A stretch of 19,418 bases of DNA from Archangium sp. (GTDB lineage: Bacteria > Myxococcota > Myxococcia > Myxococcales > Myxococcaceae), in NCBI GenBank assembly GCA_031367385.1, contig JANLPS010000541.1, positions 1 to 19,418 on the forward strand, read 5' to 3'. The position numbers and the translations under genes were made by a program. Positions 1-8,615 of the stretch are shown in pieces. Every line of letters starts with the position of its first letter. The first letter of the stretch is position 1. Below the pieces are notes generated by a model. It was given only the letters and a program-made list of their open reading frames with translations, ran no database searches and had not been told where the DNA came from.

Positions 1-424
<424 letters not shown>

Positions 425-572
425 TAAAGAGATTTTGACCTAACCAAAACAACGTTAGGTGTAGCTCCCGACCCTTGCGGGTTGAGCCACTTGAGCGTCA
501 AAGCCGAAGCCTTGATCTGCTCAGTCAATAATATGCGAAGCTTCCGCATTTACTTTTTGAGTTTGCTATCCG

Positions 573-586
573 GTTTTCAAAGAGCG
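573..586 (-). promoter_or_regulatory. rrn leader boxA antitermination site
   Basis: Minus strand CGCTCTTTGAAAAC resembles rrn boxA (GCTCTTTAACA) and lies between the promoters and the 16S. Confidence 0.75.
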
Positions 587-636
587 AACTGATACTGCCC
601 GCTTTGTTTCGAAGCCAGTGCCTCGAAGCGCCGCGT

Positions 637-664
637 CTTCTATCGTACTTTTCGTGACATGCAA
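637..664 (-). promoter_or_regulatory. rrn promoter candidate (proximal)
   Basis: TTGCAT-N16-TAGAAG followed by GC-rich discriminator ACGCGGCGC. Confidence 0.55.
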
Positions 665-732
665 CCGATTTCTCTACTGTGATTTCGGAAGCGATTCTGC
701 TTTCCTGCGCGGTTTTCTGCGCGGGGGGCCAG

Positions 733-762
733 CTTCTACATCTGCTGGCTAAAGTTCGTCAA
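733..762 (-). promoter_or_regulatory. rrn promoter candidate (middle)
   Basis: TTGACG-N18-TAGAAG followed by CTGGCCCCCCGC, with an A-rich UP-like tract (AGAAAACAAAACC) upstream. Confidence 0.55.
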
Positions 763-981
763 GGTTTTGTTTTCTACTCGGCGACTCGTTCGAGTGCTCG
801 GGAGAAAGCAAACCTTCGTGCTCCGGAGCCGATTTATCGGCTTTTGGAGAGTCAGGTGATTGCTCACCTATTCTTTTGTGGGGTGCTGATTCACATCTGA
901 CTTCGCACTGCGACTCGCCCGTACAACACAACCCATTCCCGCCCGTCAGTCCCTCCGTCGGCGGACCGTCGGGGGGCGGCG

Positions 982-1011
982 CATATACATGATCTATTCG
1001 AAGCCTGTCAA
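982..1011 (-). promoter_or_regulatory. rrn promoter candidate (distal)
   Basis: Perfect TTGACA, then TGTATATG 16-18 nt downstream, then GC-rich CGCCGCCCCCC. Confidence 0.6.
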
Positions 1012-1043
1012 CACCTTGGCGATCAAAATTGAACATCGCTTCA

Positions 1044-1694
1044 CTATCCAGGTATTTCAAGACCTTGGAGGTGCATTCGAGTCAGATCCACCCTCCCCCG
1101 CCGTGCACGTTCTGCGATCACGATCGACTTGAGCTCTTCGAAGGCCTGATCGAGCTGATCATTGATGATCAAGTAGTCGTAGCTTTGAATACCCCGCTCG
1201 ATTTCAGCGCGGGCCGAGAGCATGCGCTTGCGAATCACATCATCGCTGTCGGTGCCGCGCTGAACGAGGCGACGCTCGAGGTGCTCGAGCGAGGGGGGCA
1301 GAATGAAAATCTGCACGGTATCTGGGTACTTGCGTTTGATCGCGGTGCCGCCCTGCACATCGATGTCGAACACAGCGATGCCCTGCGGCCGGTACGACTC
1401 GTCGACCATTCGGCGGGCTGAGCCGTAAAAATGACCATACACCTCAGCCCACTCGACGAACTCGTTGCTCTCGACCATGTCGCGAAAGGTGTTCGTGTCG
1501 ACGAAGTGGTAATCGCGCCCATCGACCTCGGAGCCGCGGGGGGCCCGGGTGGTGTAGCTGACCGAGAACTTCGCTTCGGGAAACTGAAGGCGAAGGCGGT
1601 GCGCCAAAGTGGTCTTGCCACCCCCAGAGGGAGCGGAGAGAACGAGCAAGAGCCCGGGCGACGGCACGATGGGGATATTGGGGTTGGTATTCAT
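1044..1694 (-). CDS. gmk: guanylate kinase
   Basis: P-loop SAPSGGGKTT, SVSYTTRAPR, DGRDYHFV, EWAEVYGHFYG, DIDVQG, FILPPS. ATGA overlap with the yicC stop. Confidence 0.97.
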   Translation of the reverse strand: MNTNPNIPIVPSPGLLLVLSAPSGGGKTTLAHRLRLQFPEAKFSVSYTTRAPRGSEVDGRDYHFVDTNTFRDMVESNEFVEWAEVYGHFYGSARRMVDESYRPQGIAVFDIDVQGGTAIKRKYPDTVQIFILPPSLEHLERRLVQRGTDSDDVIRKRMLSARAEIERGIQSYDYLIINDQLDQAFEELKSIVIAERARRGRVDLTRMHLQGLEIPG

Positions 1695-2569
1695 TCGACG
1701 TTTTGAACCTGTTCGCGAATTCGTTCGAGCTCGGTCTTCAGCTGCATGACGCGCACTGAAATCTCGGCATGTTGGCTCTTCGAGCCCGTCGTATTCACTT
1801 CGCGGTGCATCTCCTGAACGAGAAAATCCATCTTTCTGCCCGAGGGCTCGGTCGAGGCCAGCAGGGCGCGAAACTGCACGAGGTGTGACTCGAGCCTGGT
1901 CAATTCTTCAGCGATGTCAGTGCGTTCGGCGAACAGCGCGACCTCCTGAGCCATGCGCTGCGGGTCGATGGGCAGGCCCTTCGAGAGCTCGGCGACCCGG
2001 TTCGAGAGCCGTTCTCGCCACAGCTCGACGGAGCGAGGGGCAAGAACCTGAACCTCTTTCGACCACGTCGCGACCAGGTCGAGGCGCGCCGCGAGGTCGG
2101 TGTTGAGCGCGAGACCCTCTTTGCCGCGCATCGACGTGAGCGATTCGAGGGCTTCGGCCAGTGCGAGCTCGACGGCTTTGTGGGCGTCATCGAGGTTCGC
2201 ATGCGGCTCTTCGAGACGAACCACGTTCTGCTGTGTGGCGATGTCGCGAACGGTGGTGTTGTCAGGCACTCCCAGGGTGGTCGCCAGCTCGGCGAACGCT
2301 CGGCGGTACTCACGGGCCAGGGCGACGTCGACCACTGGCACCAAGCCCACCGACGCTCGAGCGGAGCGCTTGACGATCACATCGACCGCGCCCCGGGCCA
2401 GGCGGTCTTTGACGAGCTTGGTCACCAGTGGCTCGAAGGTCGAGAGCTCGCGAGGCACGCGGGCCTTCACCTCGCAAAACTTGTGATTCACCGAGCGGAG
2501 CTCGACGGTGATCTCTTCGGCTCCCACCGTCGCGCGACCTGAGCCGAAGCCCGTCATGCTTTTGAGCAT
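1691..2569 (-). CDS. yicC: YicC/YloC family protein (endoribonuclease)
   Basis: N-terminus MLKSMTGFG...ELRSVNHKF; C-terminus GRKMDFLVQEMHREVNTTGSKS...ERIREQVQNVE. Start trimmed to the ATG at 2569. Usual position upstream of gmk. Confidence 0.95.
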   Translation of the reverse strand: MLKSMTGFGSGRATVGAEEITVELRSVNHKFCEVKARVPRELSTFEPLVTKLVKDRLARGAVDVIVKRSARASVGLVPVVDVALAREYRRAFAELATTLGVPDNTTVRDIATQQNVVRLEEPHANLDDAHKAVELALAEALESLTSMRGKEGLALNTDLAARLDLVATWSKEVQVLAPRSVELWRERLSNRVAELSKGLPIDPQRMAQEVALFAERTDIAEELTRLESHLVQFRALLASTEPSGRKMDFLVQEMHREVNTTGSKSQHAEISVRVMQLKTELERIREQVQNVE

Positions 2570-2586
2570 GAGCGCGGCGTAGCAGA

Positions 2587-3051
2587 TCAGCGGTTGAGCT
2601 TCGAGAGAACAGCCGAGGTGCTGTGGTTTTTGGGGTCGCCCGCGATGGCCACGGTGCCGCCGTATCGTTCGACTTCTTCGCGCTCGGGCACGGTGTCGAC
2701 GGTGTAATCGGTGCCCTTGGCGTGCACCTCGGGTTGAAGCGAGCGAATGAGGTGCCGCACATCGGGCTCGTCGAAGACGATGACGGCATCGACGCAGCGC
2801 AGCGCCTGCACGAGCTCGGCGCGCTCGGCCTGTGAAATCAGCGGGCGCGGGGGCCCCTTGGCGGCTCTGACCGACGCGTCGGAGTTCACCGCGACGAGCA
2901 AGCGGTCGCCAAGCGCGCGGGCCCCTTCGAGGTAGCGCACATGCCCGACGTGCAGCAGGTCGAACGCGCCATTGGCGAGCACCACGCGGTGCCCGGCGCT
3001 GCGCCACTGCGCGATCAGCACGCGCGCTTCGTCGAAGGAGACGAGATTCAC
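2587..3051 (-). CDS. rfaE2: D-glycero-D-manno-heptose 1-phosphate adenylyltransferase (stand-alone HldE domain II / HldC-like)
   Basis: NGAFDLLHVGHVRYL (HxGH), VAVNSDASVR, KGPPRP, KGTDY, HSTS. Start inferred at GTG 3051. Confidence 0.88.
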   Translation of the reverse strand: MNLVSFDEARVLIAQWRSAGHRVVLANGAFDLLHVGHVRYLEGARALGDRLLVAVNSDASVRAAKGPPRPLISQAERAELVQALRCVDAVIVFDEPDVRHLIRSLQPEVHAKGTDYTVDTVPEREEVERYGGTVAIAGDPKNHSTSAVLSKLNR

Positions 3052-3215
3052 GGCGCCGCCCCGATGGTCGCAGCGGAGCGGAGGGCAGTGGCCAGCGGGA
3101 GGTTTGCCGCGAGCCAGCGCGCGAAGGTTTGGTTCCCGAGCACAGGGCCTCGGAGACCTGCGTAAAGATTTCCACGCCTTCGCGCGACGAGGTTTCTCGC
3201 AGCGCCAGCAGGGCC

Positions 3216-3420
3216 CTGCGCCGCGCATGTTTCGGCCAGCGCGCGCTGACCAAACAAGAAAAATTTCACAACGCCCCCCGAAGCTCACTCAGCGTCACGG
3301 TGGCAGTGCCCTGTTGGCGCTGCGCCGCGCGAGACTCGCGGGCCAGCGCGTGCTGACCAAACACGAAAAACCTCACAGCGCCCCCCGCAGCTCACCCAGC
3401 GTTACGGTGGCAGTGCCCTG
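3216..3420. repeat. Diverged tandem direct repeat (~100 bp; copies 3216-3313 and 3320-3420) including the last 16 codons of the heptose kinase
   Basis: 3234-3313 aligns with 3341-3420 at offset 107. The 48-nt coding part (3266-3313 vs 3373-3420) has 4 mismatches. Confidence 0.92.
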
Positions 3421-4353
3421 CTTCTGCACCACCAGCGAGCCCGCGATGTTGGCCAATCGCGCAGCCTCGATCGGGTTCGCGCCTGACCCATACGCGAGGG
3501 CGAAGGTTGCGCTGACGGTGTCGCCGGCACCCGTCACATCGACGGCATCGCGCTGGCCATGTGCGCCGATGAACGTAGCCCGGCCCTTTCGCGGGAAGAC
3601 GGCCATGCCATGCCGGCCGCGCGTCACCACCAACCACTCGCACGCCAGCAATTCGAGGGCGCGCGCGGCGGCGACCGTCAGCTCAGCCTCGGTGCGAATC
3701 GGCAGCCCGGTCAAAAGCCCAAGCTCAGGCTCATTGGGCTTGCAGACCGAGAACCCCACGTACTCAGCCAATGAGAACCGCGAGTCGACGCACACTTTGA
3801 CTCCGCGTTCTGCCGCCTGCCGCAAGAGCGCTCTCACCCCGGGGGTCACGACGCCTGCCCCGTAATCTGAGACGATCACGACATCGGTGTCTGCGAGCGC
3901 ACCAGAGAGCGAATTCTCCAATGCTTTCGAGATCTTCAACGACACAGGGCCACTGACTCCCCGGTCGATTCGCAGCATCTGCTGTCGGCTGGTGCTCAGG
4001 CCCCCCGCGAGAACGCGGGTCTTGGTCTCAGTCACCGGAGATGCCGTGGCGATGAGCTCGATGCCTTGCGCGGCGAATAACGTTCGCATCGAGCGGCCGA
4101 TGTCGTCTCTCCCGATGAGCCCCAACGCGGTGACCTGCGCTCCGAGAGAACGCGCGTTGGCGGCCACGTTGGCGCCTCCTCCGAGCTTCACCTCGTCGCG
4201 CTCGTGGCGAACGATGAGCACGGGGGCTTCTCGGCTGACCCGCTCGGTCTGCCCATAGATATAGTGGTCGGCGACCAGGTCTCCGACGACCAACACCCGC
4301 ACGCTCTTGAATCGCCCGAAAGAGACCTTCATCAGGGGTCGAGCTTCTTTCAC
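3373..4353 (-). CDS. rfaE1: D-glycero-D-manno-heptose 7-phosphate kinase (stand-alone HldE domain I, PfkB family)
   Basis: VLVVGDLVADHYIYG, RVSREAPV, GGGANVAAN, SDYGAG, KPNEPE, DVTGAGDT, ANIAGSLVV. Start could be GTG 4353 or ATG 4332. Confidence 0.92.
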   Translation of the reverse strand: MKEARPLMKVSFGRFKSVRVLVVGDLVADHYIYGQTERVSREAPVLIVRHERDEVKLGGGANVAANARSLGAQVTALGLIGRDDIGRSMRTLFAAQGIELIATASPVTETKTRVLAGGLSTSRQQMLRIDRGVSGPVSLKISKALENSLSGALADTDVVIVSDYGAGVVTPGVRALLRQAAERGVKVCVDSRFSLAEYVGFSVCKPNEPELGLLTGLPIRTEAELTVAAARALELLACEWLVVTRGRHGMAVFPRKGRATFIGAHGQRDAVDVTGAGDTVSATFALAYGSGANPIEAARLANIAGSLVVQKQGTATVTLGELRGAL

Positions 4354-4404
4354 TCCCGGGGCGAGTGCTCAAGGGCTCAAGCAGACGTACACTCACCAGC
4401 CGCG

Positions 4405-5547
4405 ATGCCCCCATTTCGCTATCGCTCTTACGAGCCGAGTTGGGCCGTCGTGTTGGTGGCCGTCTTCATATTGCCCCTCGGCTTGGGCCTGCCATGGCCG
4501 GTCTTCGCGCTCCTGGCTGTGGTGACCGTGTTGGCCGGCTTCGTCTTCGGCACCTGGCTTCGCGTCGAGGTGGGAGCGCCCGGCGTAGAGATGACCTGGC
4601 GCACCTGCTGGCTCGTGCCCTTCAAGCGAGCACACTGGTGGCTCGACGTCAGGGTCGAAGACTATTGGTCATTCGACGCTGACGCCGCCGAGGGCCTGCT
4701 CCTGAGCCCGCCATGGGGTTGGGGCGAGGAAGAGAGCGCGTGTTTCGGCCCCGCGAAAGATGAACCTCGCCTGGCGCTGATCACCGAAATGCGGTCGGCG
4801 CTCGTGCGAGCCCGGGCGGCGCTCCCGCAGGGGCCTCGCGCGCTGCACTTCGCGCAGCTCGAGCCGAGCCTCGAGGTCACTGGCCGCGAATTCTCTTCAT
4901 CGGGTCGCCTGCTTCAAGGCCGGCTGGCGGCTGAGCTGGTCATCGCTGGGCTCACGCTGCCAGTCGGCACGGCCCTGACCTTCAACAGCGAAGGCTGGCT
5001 CGACCCCCGGAGGCCCGACCTGCTCCGCACGGCAGTGCTGAGCTCGCCCTTGGCAGTGGCCGGAGTCGAGGCAGCCGCGGGTGCCAGGCTGCATTTCAAC
5101 CACCGCCTCCTGTTGACCTCGGTTGACCACATCGCTGACGGGCCGGTCACGGTTCAGGGGCGATTCATCGACGGTTCGCACGGTTTCTCGGTCGATGAGC
5201 GAGTGATGCTCAGCGGGTTCAAAGCAGCTCAGGCGCTGGTGATTTCAGGCGTCACCCTGCCGGCGGGCACCCACTTTCACCGGTGGGCCGTCGGCGACGC
5301 TGGCGAGTGGTACGCGAACCCGCCCGCGCCCCTCCAGCTGCCCGAATTCGCCGCCGAAAACGTGTTGGTGAGCCGTGATTTCACGCGAATCACGAGCGGC
5401 TTCAGCAAAGGCTTCACGGCGTCAGACGGTACCCGTTTTCACCACGGGGCTTTGCCGCTGCTGCCGTCGCTCTCCATTGACCGGCGGCGCGCCAAACGCC
5501 GGGGCCAGCTTACTGGGCGGCGCGCGTCGCGCTCGCGAACTGCTTGA
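4405..5547 (+). CDS. Hypothetical membrane protein: N-terminal TM hairpin plus 3-4 degenerate ~26-aa repeats
   Basis: Fills the gap between rfaE1 and Hsp70. Hydrophobic N-terminus (WAVVLVAVFILPLGLGLPWPVFALLAVVTVLAGFVFG) and repeats of type LxIxGxxLPxGT. Start inferred at ATG 4405. Confidence 0.7.
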   Translation: MPPFRYRSYEPSWAVVLVAVFILPLGLGLPWPVFALLAVVTVLAGFVFGTWLRVEVGAPGVEMTWRTCWLVPFKRAHWWLDVRVEDYWSFDADAAEGLLLSPPWGWGEEESACFGPAKDEPRLALITEMRSALVRARAALPQGPRALHFAQLEPSLEVTGREFSSSGRLLQGRLAAELVIAGLTLPVGTALTFNSEGWLDPRRPDLLRTAVLSSPLAVAGVEAAAGARLHFNHRLLLTSVDHIADGPVTVQGRFIDGSHGFSVDERVMLSGFKAAQALVISGVTLPAGTHFHRWAVGDAGEWYANPPAPLQLPEFAAENVLVSRDFTRITSGFSKGFTASDGTRFHHGALPLLPSLSIDRRRAKRRGQLTGRRASRSRTA

Positions 5548-7366
5548 GCAACTCGACCAGGCTCGTGGCCAGCTCGAGCACCTGCTCCGGAGTGCCTGAA
5601 GACTCAATCTGCTCAGCCTCGACCAAGCGGTGACCGAGCGACTCAGCGGTGTCTTTGCCATCGCCAGTCGGAGACGCCGCCGCGGCGAGCGAGATCTCCC
5701 GATGTAACCGGTGCAGCTGGATCAACACCTCGTGCAACGTGCGCCGGGCATGCCGATTCTGCTCTCGAGCGGCATCGTGCACGACCGCGGCCTCGGTGCG
5801 ATGGGCTTCTTCGCCGGTGGCCAGGCGAGCCGCCTCTTGAGGCACCAGAACCGGGCGCGCGGTGATCGCCACGCTTTGCGACTTGCCTGAACGGCTATCG
5901 ACCGCGCTGACCGAGAGCAGCCCTTCTTGATTCATCGCGAAGGTGATCTCGATCGGCGAGTCAGAGCGAATGGCGCCGGTCAGCCCCGCCAGGGTGAGCT
6001 CTCCAAGGAGCGCGTTCTCGGCGGCCAGGCGCGATTCGCCCTGCACCACCGGCACTCGAACCTGCGTCTGCGCGTCACGGCCCGGGTAGAAGGTCTCGTG
6101 GGCCGTGCAGGGCAGCATGCTGTTCTTGCGAATCAGCGGCTTGACCAACCCGCCAGCGATGCCGACGCCCAGTGAGCTGCCGACGACATCGAGCAGCAGG
6201 GTCTTGCCCTTCTTCTCGACGAGCTCCGCGGCGTGCATCGCGGCGCCGACGGCGACGGCCTCGTCGGGGTTGACGCTGCTCTCGGGCGTCTTGCCGAAGC
6301 GCTCGATGACCAGGCTGCGCAGGAGCGGCACTCGGGTCATGCCCCCGACCAGCAGCACGGCGTCGATTTTACTCGCGTCGAGGTTAGCCTCTTTCATCGT
6401 GCGCTCGACGATGCTCAGGCAGTGCTCGGTCTTCGAGCGAACCAGCTTCTCGAAGAAGTCACGCGTGAGCATGGTCTCGATGGTCACCCCGTGCAGCGCC
6501 GCGGTCTCGGGGATGAGCACCGCCGAGATGTGCGCCCGCTCGGTGGTCGAGATGGTCTTCTTGGCCTGCTCGGCGGCGGCTTTGAGCTTCTGCGTCGCGC
6601 GCCGGTCGTGGGCGATGCGCTCGCGGGTGGCCGAGTCGGTCAGGTGCGATTGCAGCCACTGCACCAGCACGTTGTCGAAGTCTTCGCCGCCGAAGAAGAG
6701 GTCGCCACCGGTCGCCACGACCTCGAAGACGCCCTGGTTGACGCTGAGAATCGAGACGTCGAAGGTGCCTCCGCCCAGGTCGAAGACGACGGCGTTGCCA
6801 TTGAAGTTGTTGGCGAGCCCGTAGGCCATGGCCGCGGCGGTGGGCTCGTTGACCAGGCGCATCACCTCGAGGCCGGCGATCTGCGCGGCTTCGCGAGTCG
6901 CCTGGCGCTGAGCATCGGTGAAGGCCGCTGGCACGGTGAGCACGGCTCGGCGAACTTCTTGGCCGAAGTGGGCTTCGGCATCGGCGCGCAAGGCCGAGAG
7001 CACCATCGCGGCGATCTGCACGACGGGCACGGTGCGCTCACCCAGCTTGACCCGAACGTCTTCGGTGGGGCCTGAGACGAGTGAGAACGGGTAGATCTGC
7101 CGCGCGCGGTTGGCGAGCTCCGCGGTCCACCGTTGGCCGATGAAGCGCTTGGTGCCGTAGGCCACGCTCTCGGGCAGCGTCTCAGCGAGCAGACGCGCTT
7201 CTTCGCCGACGACCCGGTGCCCGTCAGGCGTGATGCCAACCATTGACGGCATCAACCGTTGCCCGGTGCTGCGCTCGATGGTTCGCACACGCCCACCTGT
7301 CGCGGTCGCGACGGCGCTGTTGGTGGTGCCGAGATCGATGCCGATGGACGGAGTACCCGAGGGCAC
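5510..7366 (-). CDS. Hsp70/DnaK-family paralogue
   Basis: IGIDLGTTNS, TKRFIG, TVPAAF, NEPTAAA, FDLGGGTFDVS, GGEDFD, LVGGMTRVP, NPDEAVAVGAA and linker LLLDV. SD-like GAGG 5 nt before the GTG. No dnaJ/grpE nearby. Confidence 0.95.
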   Translation of the reverse strand: MPSGTPSIGIDLGTTNSAVATATGGRVRTIERSTGQRLMPSMVGITPDGHRVVGEEARLLAETLPESVAYGTKRFIGQRWTAELANRARQIYPFSLVSGPTEDVRVKLGERTVPVVQIAAMVLSALRADAEAHFGQEVRRAVLTVPAAFTDAQRQATREAAQIAGLEVMRLVNEPTAAAMAYGLANNFNGNAVVFDLGGGTFDVSILSVNQGVFEVVATGGDLFFGGEDFDNVLVQWLQSHLTDSATRERIAHDRRATQKLKAAAEQAKKTISTTERAHISAVLIPETAALHGVTIETMLTRDFFEKLVRSKTEHCLSIVERTMKEANLDASKIDAVLLVGGMTRVPLLRSLVIERFGKTPESSVNPDEAVAVGAAMHAAELVEKKGKTLLLDVVGSSLGVGIAGGLVKPLIRKNSMLPCTAHETFYPGRDAQTQVRVPVVQGESRLAAENALLGELTLAGLTGAIRSDSPIEITFAMNQEGLLSVSAVDSRSGKSQSVAITARPVLVPQEAARLATGEEAHRTEAAVVHDAAREQNRHARRTLHEVLIQLHRLHREISLAAAASPTGDGKDTAESLGHRLVEAEQIESSGTPEQVLELATSLVELLKQFASATRAAQ

Positions 7367-7537
7367 TTGAACCTCGAATGACGAACCGGAGGGTTACGAT
7401 GCGGTTGTAAAGAGAGAAGACCTCACGTCGCCGGGGGGCTGCAACGGCGTGAACCGCCTGCAATGTGGTCTCGGGTGCGTGCAATTGCGAGTTTTCGGAC
7501 CGAGCTCGGGGGCGGTTCGTCGATGACCCACCGGGCT

Positions 7538-8527
7538 TCAGACGAGGGGCCAGCCGAGCCGCTGGGCGAGCGCCTCCCGGCCCTGGTCGAGGCGAATGGT
7601 CACCCGGGGCAGCCAGACCGGCATGGTCTCTGGGAGACGCTCGCGGTCTTTTTCGGTCGTGACGAGGAGTGCGTCATTGCGCTCGGCGGCCTCTTCGAGG
7701 TGGCGCAGGTCGGCGGTGCTGAAGGCCGCGTGGTCGGCGAAGAGGTGCGATTGAACGAGATTCGCGCCAGCGTCGGTGAGGTCTTTGAGAAAGCGTGACG
7801 GTCGTGCGAGCGCAGCGAAGGCGATGACCCGTCGGTTCTTGAGCTTCCAGATGGGGTGTTCGGAGCCATCGGGCGCGAGCACGGTGATGACTTCGTGGGT
7901 TGCGCAGACCCGGGTGGCACTCGGCGGGGGCATCAGGTCGTTCGCGCCGTCGCGTGCCCAGAGCACGTCGGCGCGTGCTGCGGCGCTGAGCGGCTCGCGC
8001 AGAGGGCCCGCGGGGAGCAGACGGCCATTGCCGATGCCGGCGTCGATGAGGAGGTTCACGTCGCGGGCGAGCTGTTGGTGCTGGTACCCATCATCGAGGA
8101 TCGCGACGGTGCAGCCGGCGGCCTTGGCGGCGCGGGCGGCGGCGAGACGGTCTGCGTCGATGAAGAGGTGTGCCGAGGGGAGGCGACGGGCGATGAGCCT
8201 GGGCTCGTCTCCGACCTGTTCGACGTTGGGGAGGCGCGGGGTTTCGTTCGACCAGTGCACAGGCTGGGATGCGGCCCGGCCGTAGCCGCGAGAGAGAATT
8301 GCTACGCGGTGGCCAGCTCGTAGGGCCCAGTCGGCGAGGAAGAGGACGACCGGGGTTTTGCCGGCGCCTCCGACGATGAGGTTGCCGACTGAGACGATTT
8401 GCAGGCCCTCGACCCGGGTCGGTTGGGGCTCTGGCTTGAGCGCGAGCGCGATGGAGTACGCCCACGAGGCCGGGAGCAGCGCGCTCGAGAGGAGCGACGG
8501 TGTCTTCCAGGTGTTCTCCCAGTTCAT
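7538..8527 (-). CDS. lpxK: tetraacyldisaccharide 4'-kinase
   Basis: VSVGNLIVGGAGKTP, ILSRGYG, GDEP, LDDGYQH, LPAGPLREP, FADH, VTTEKD. Confidence 0.95.
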   Translation of the reverse strand: MNWENTWKTPSLLSSALLPASWAYSIALALKPEPQPTRVEGLQIVSVGNLIVGGAGKTPVVLFLADWALRAGHRVAILSRGYGRAASQPVHWSNETPRLPNVEQVGDEPRLIARRLPSAHLFIDADRLAAARAAKAAGCTVAILDDGYQHQQLARDVNLLIDAGIGNGRLLPAGPLREPLSAAARADVLWARDGANDLMPPPSATRVCATHEVITVLAPDGSEHPIWKLKNRRVIAFAALARPSRFLKDLTDAGANLVQSHLFADHAAFSTADLRHLEEAAERNDALLVTTEKDRERLPETMPVWLPRVTIRLDQGREALAQRLGWPLV

Positions 8528-8552
8528 GGGTGGGCTCCCGGGGTGAGGCGCG

Positions 8553-8605
8553 GCGGTTCGAGTCCCTCACCGCGAACGGGGTTGGTCAATGCCTCACCGC
8601 GAACG
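8553..8605. repeat. Degenerate REP-like repeat pair in the GT-lpxK intergenic region
   Basis: CCTCACCGCGAACG at 8565-8578 and 8592-8605. The first copy reads GGTTCGAGTCCCTCACCGCGA, similar to the GGTTCGACAGGCTCACCATGA units at 19254-19405. Confidence 0.55.
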
Positions 8606-8615
8606 AGCACGGAGC

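Noticed and set aside
3095..3112. c-di-GMP-I (GEMM) riboswitch suggested by minus-strand GGCAAACC
   Set aside because: Lacks the GNRA-capped P2 and the following GACGCAAAG / tetraloop-receptor elements.
2570..3253. N-terminal extension of the 520-aa YicC ORF (and similar extensions of rfaE2, waaA and the ECF sigma)
   Set aside because: Arg/Ala-rich shadow sequence overlapping other genes or intergenic DNA; family N-termini or SD sites indicate the shorter starts.
3266..3420. Diversity-generating retroelement TR/VR pair
   Set aside because: The mismatches are not confined to adenines of one copy on either strand, and no reverse transcriptase is present.
7439..7457. Sigma-54 promoter upstream of Hsp70 (GGTTCACGCCGTTGCA on the minus strand)
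   Set aside because: GG-to-GC spacing is 11 nt rather than the required 10.
8542..8575. tRNA gene (GGTTCGAGTCC T-loop-like)
   Set aside because: No D-arm, anticodon arm or proper acceptor stem; better explained as a repeat.
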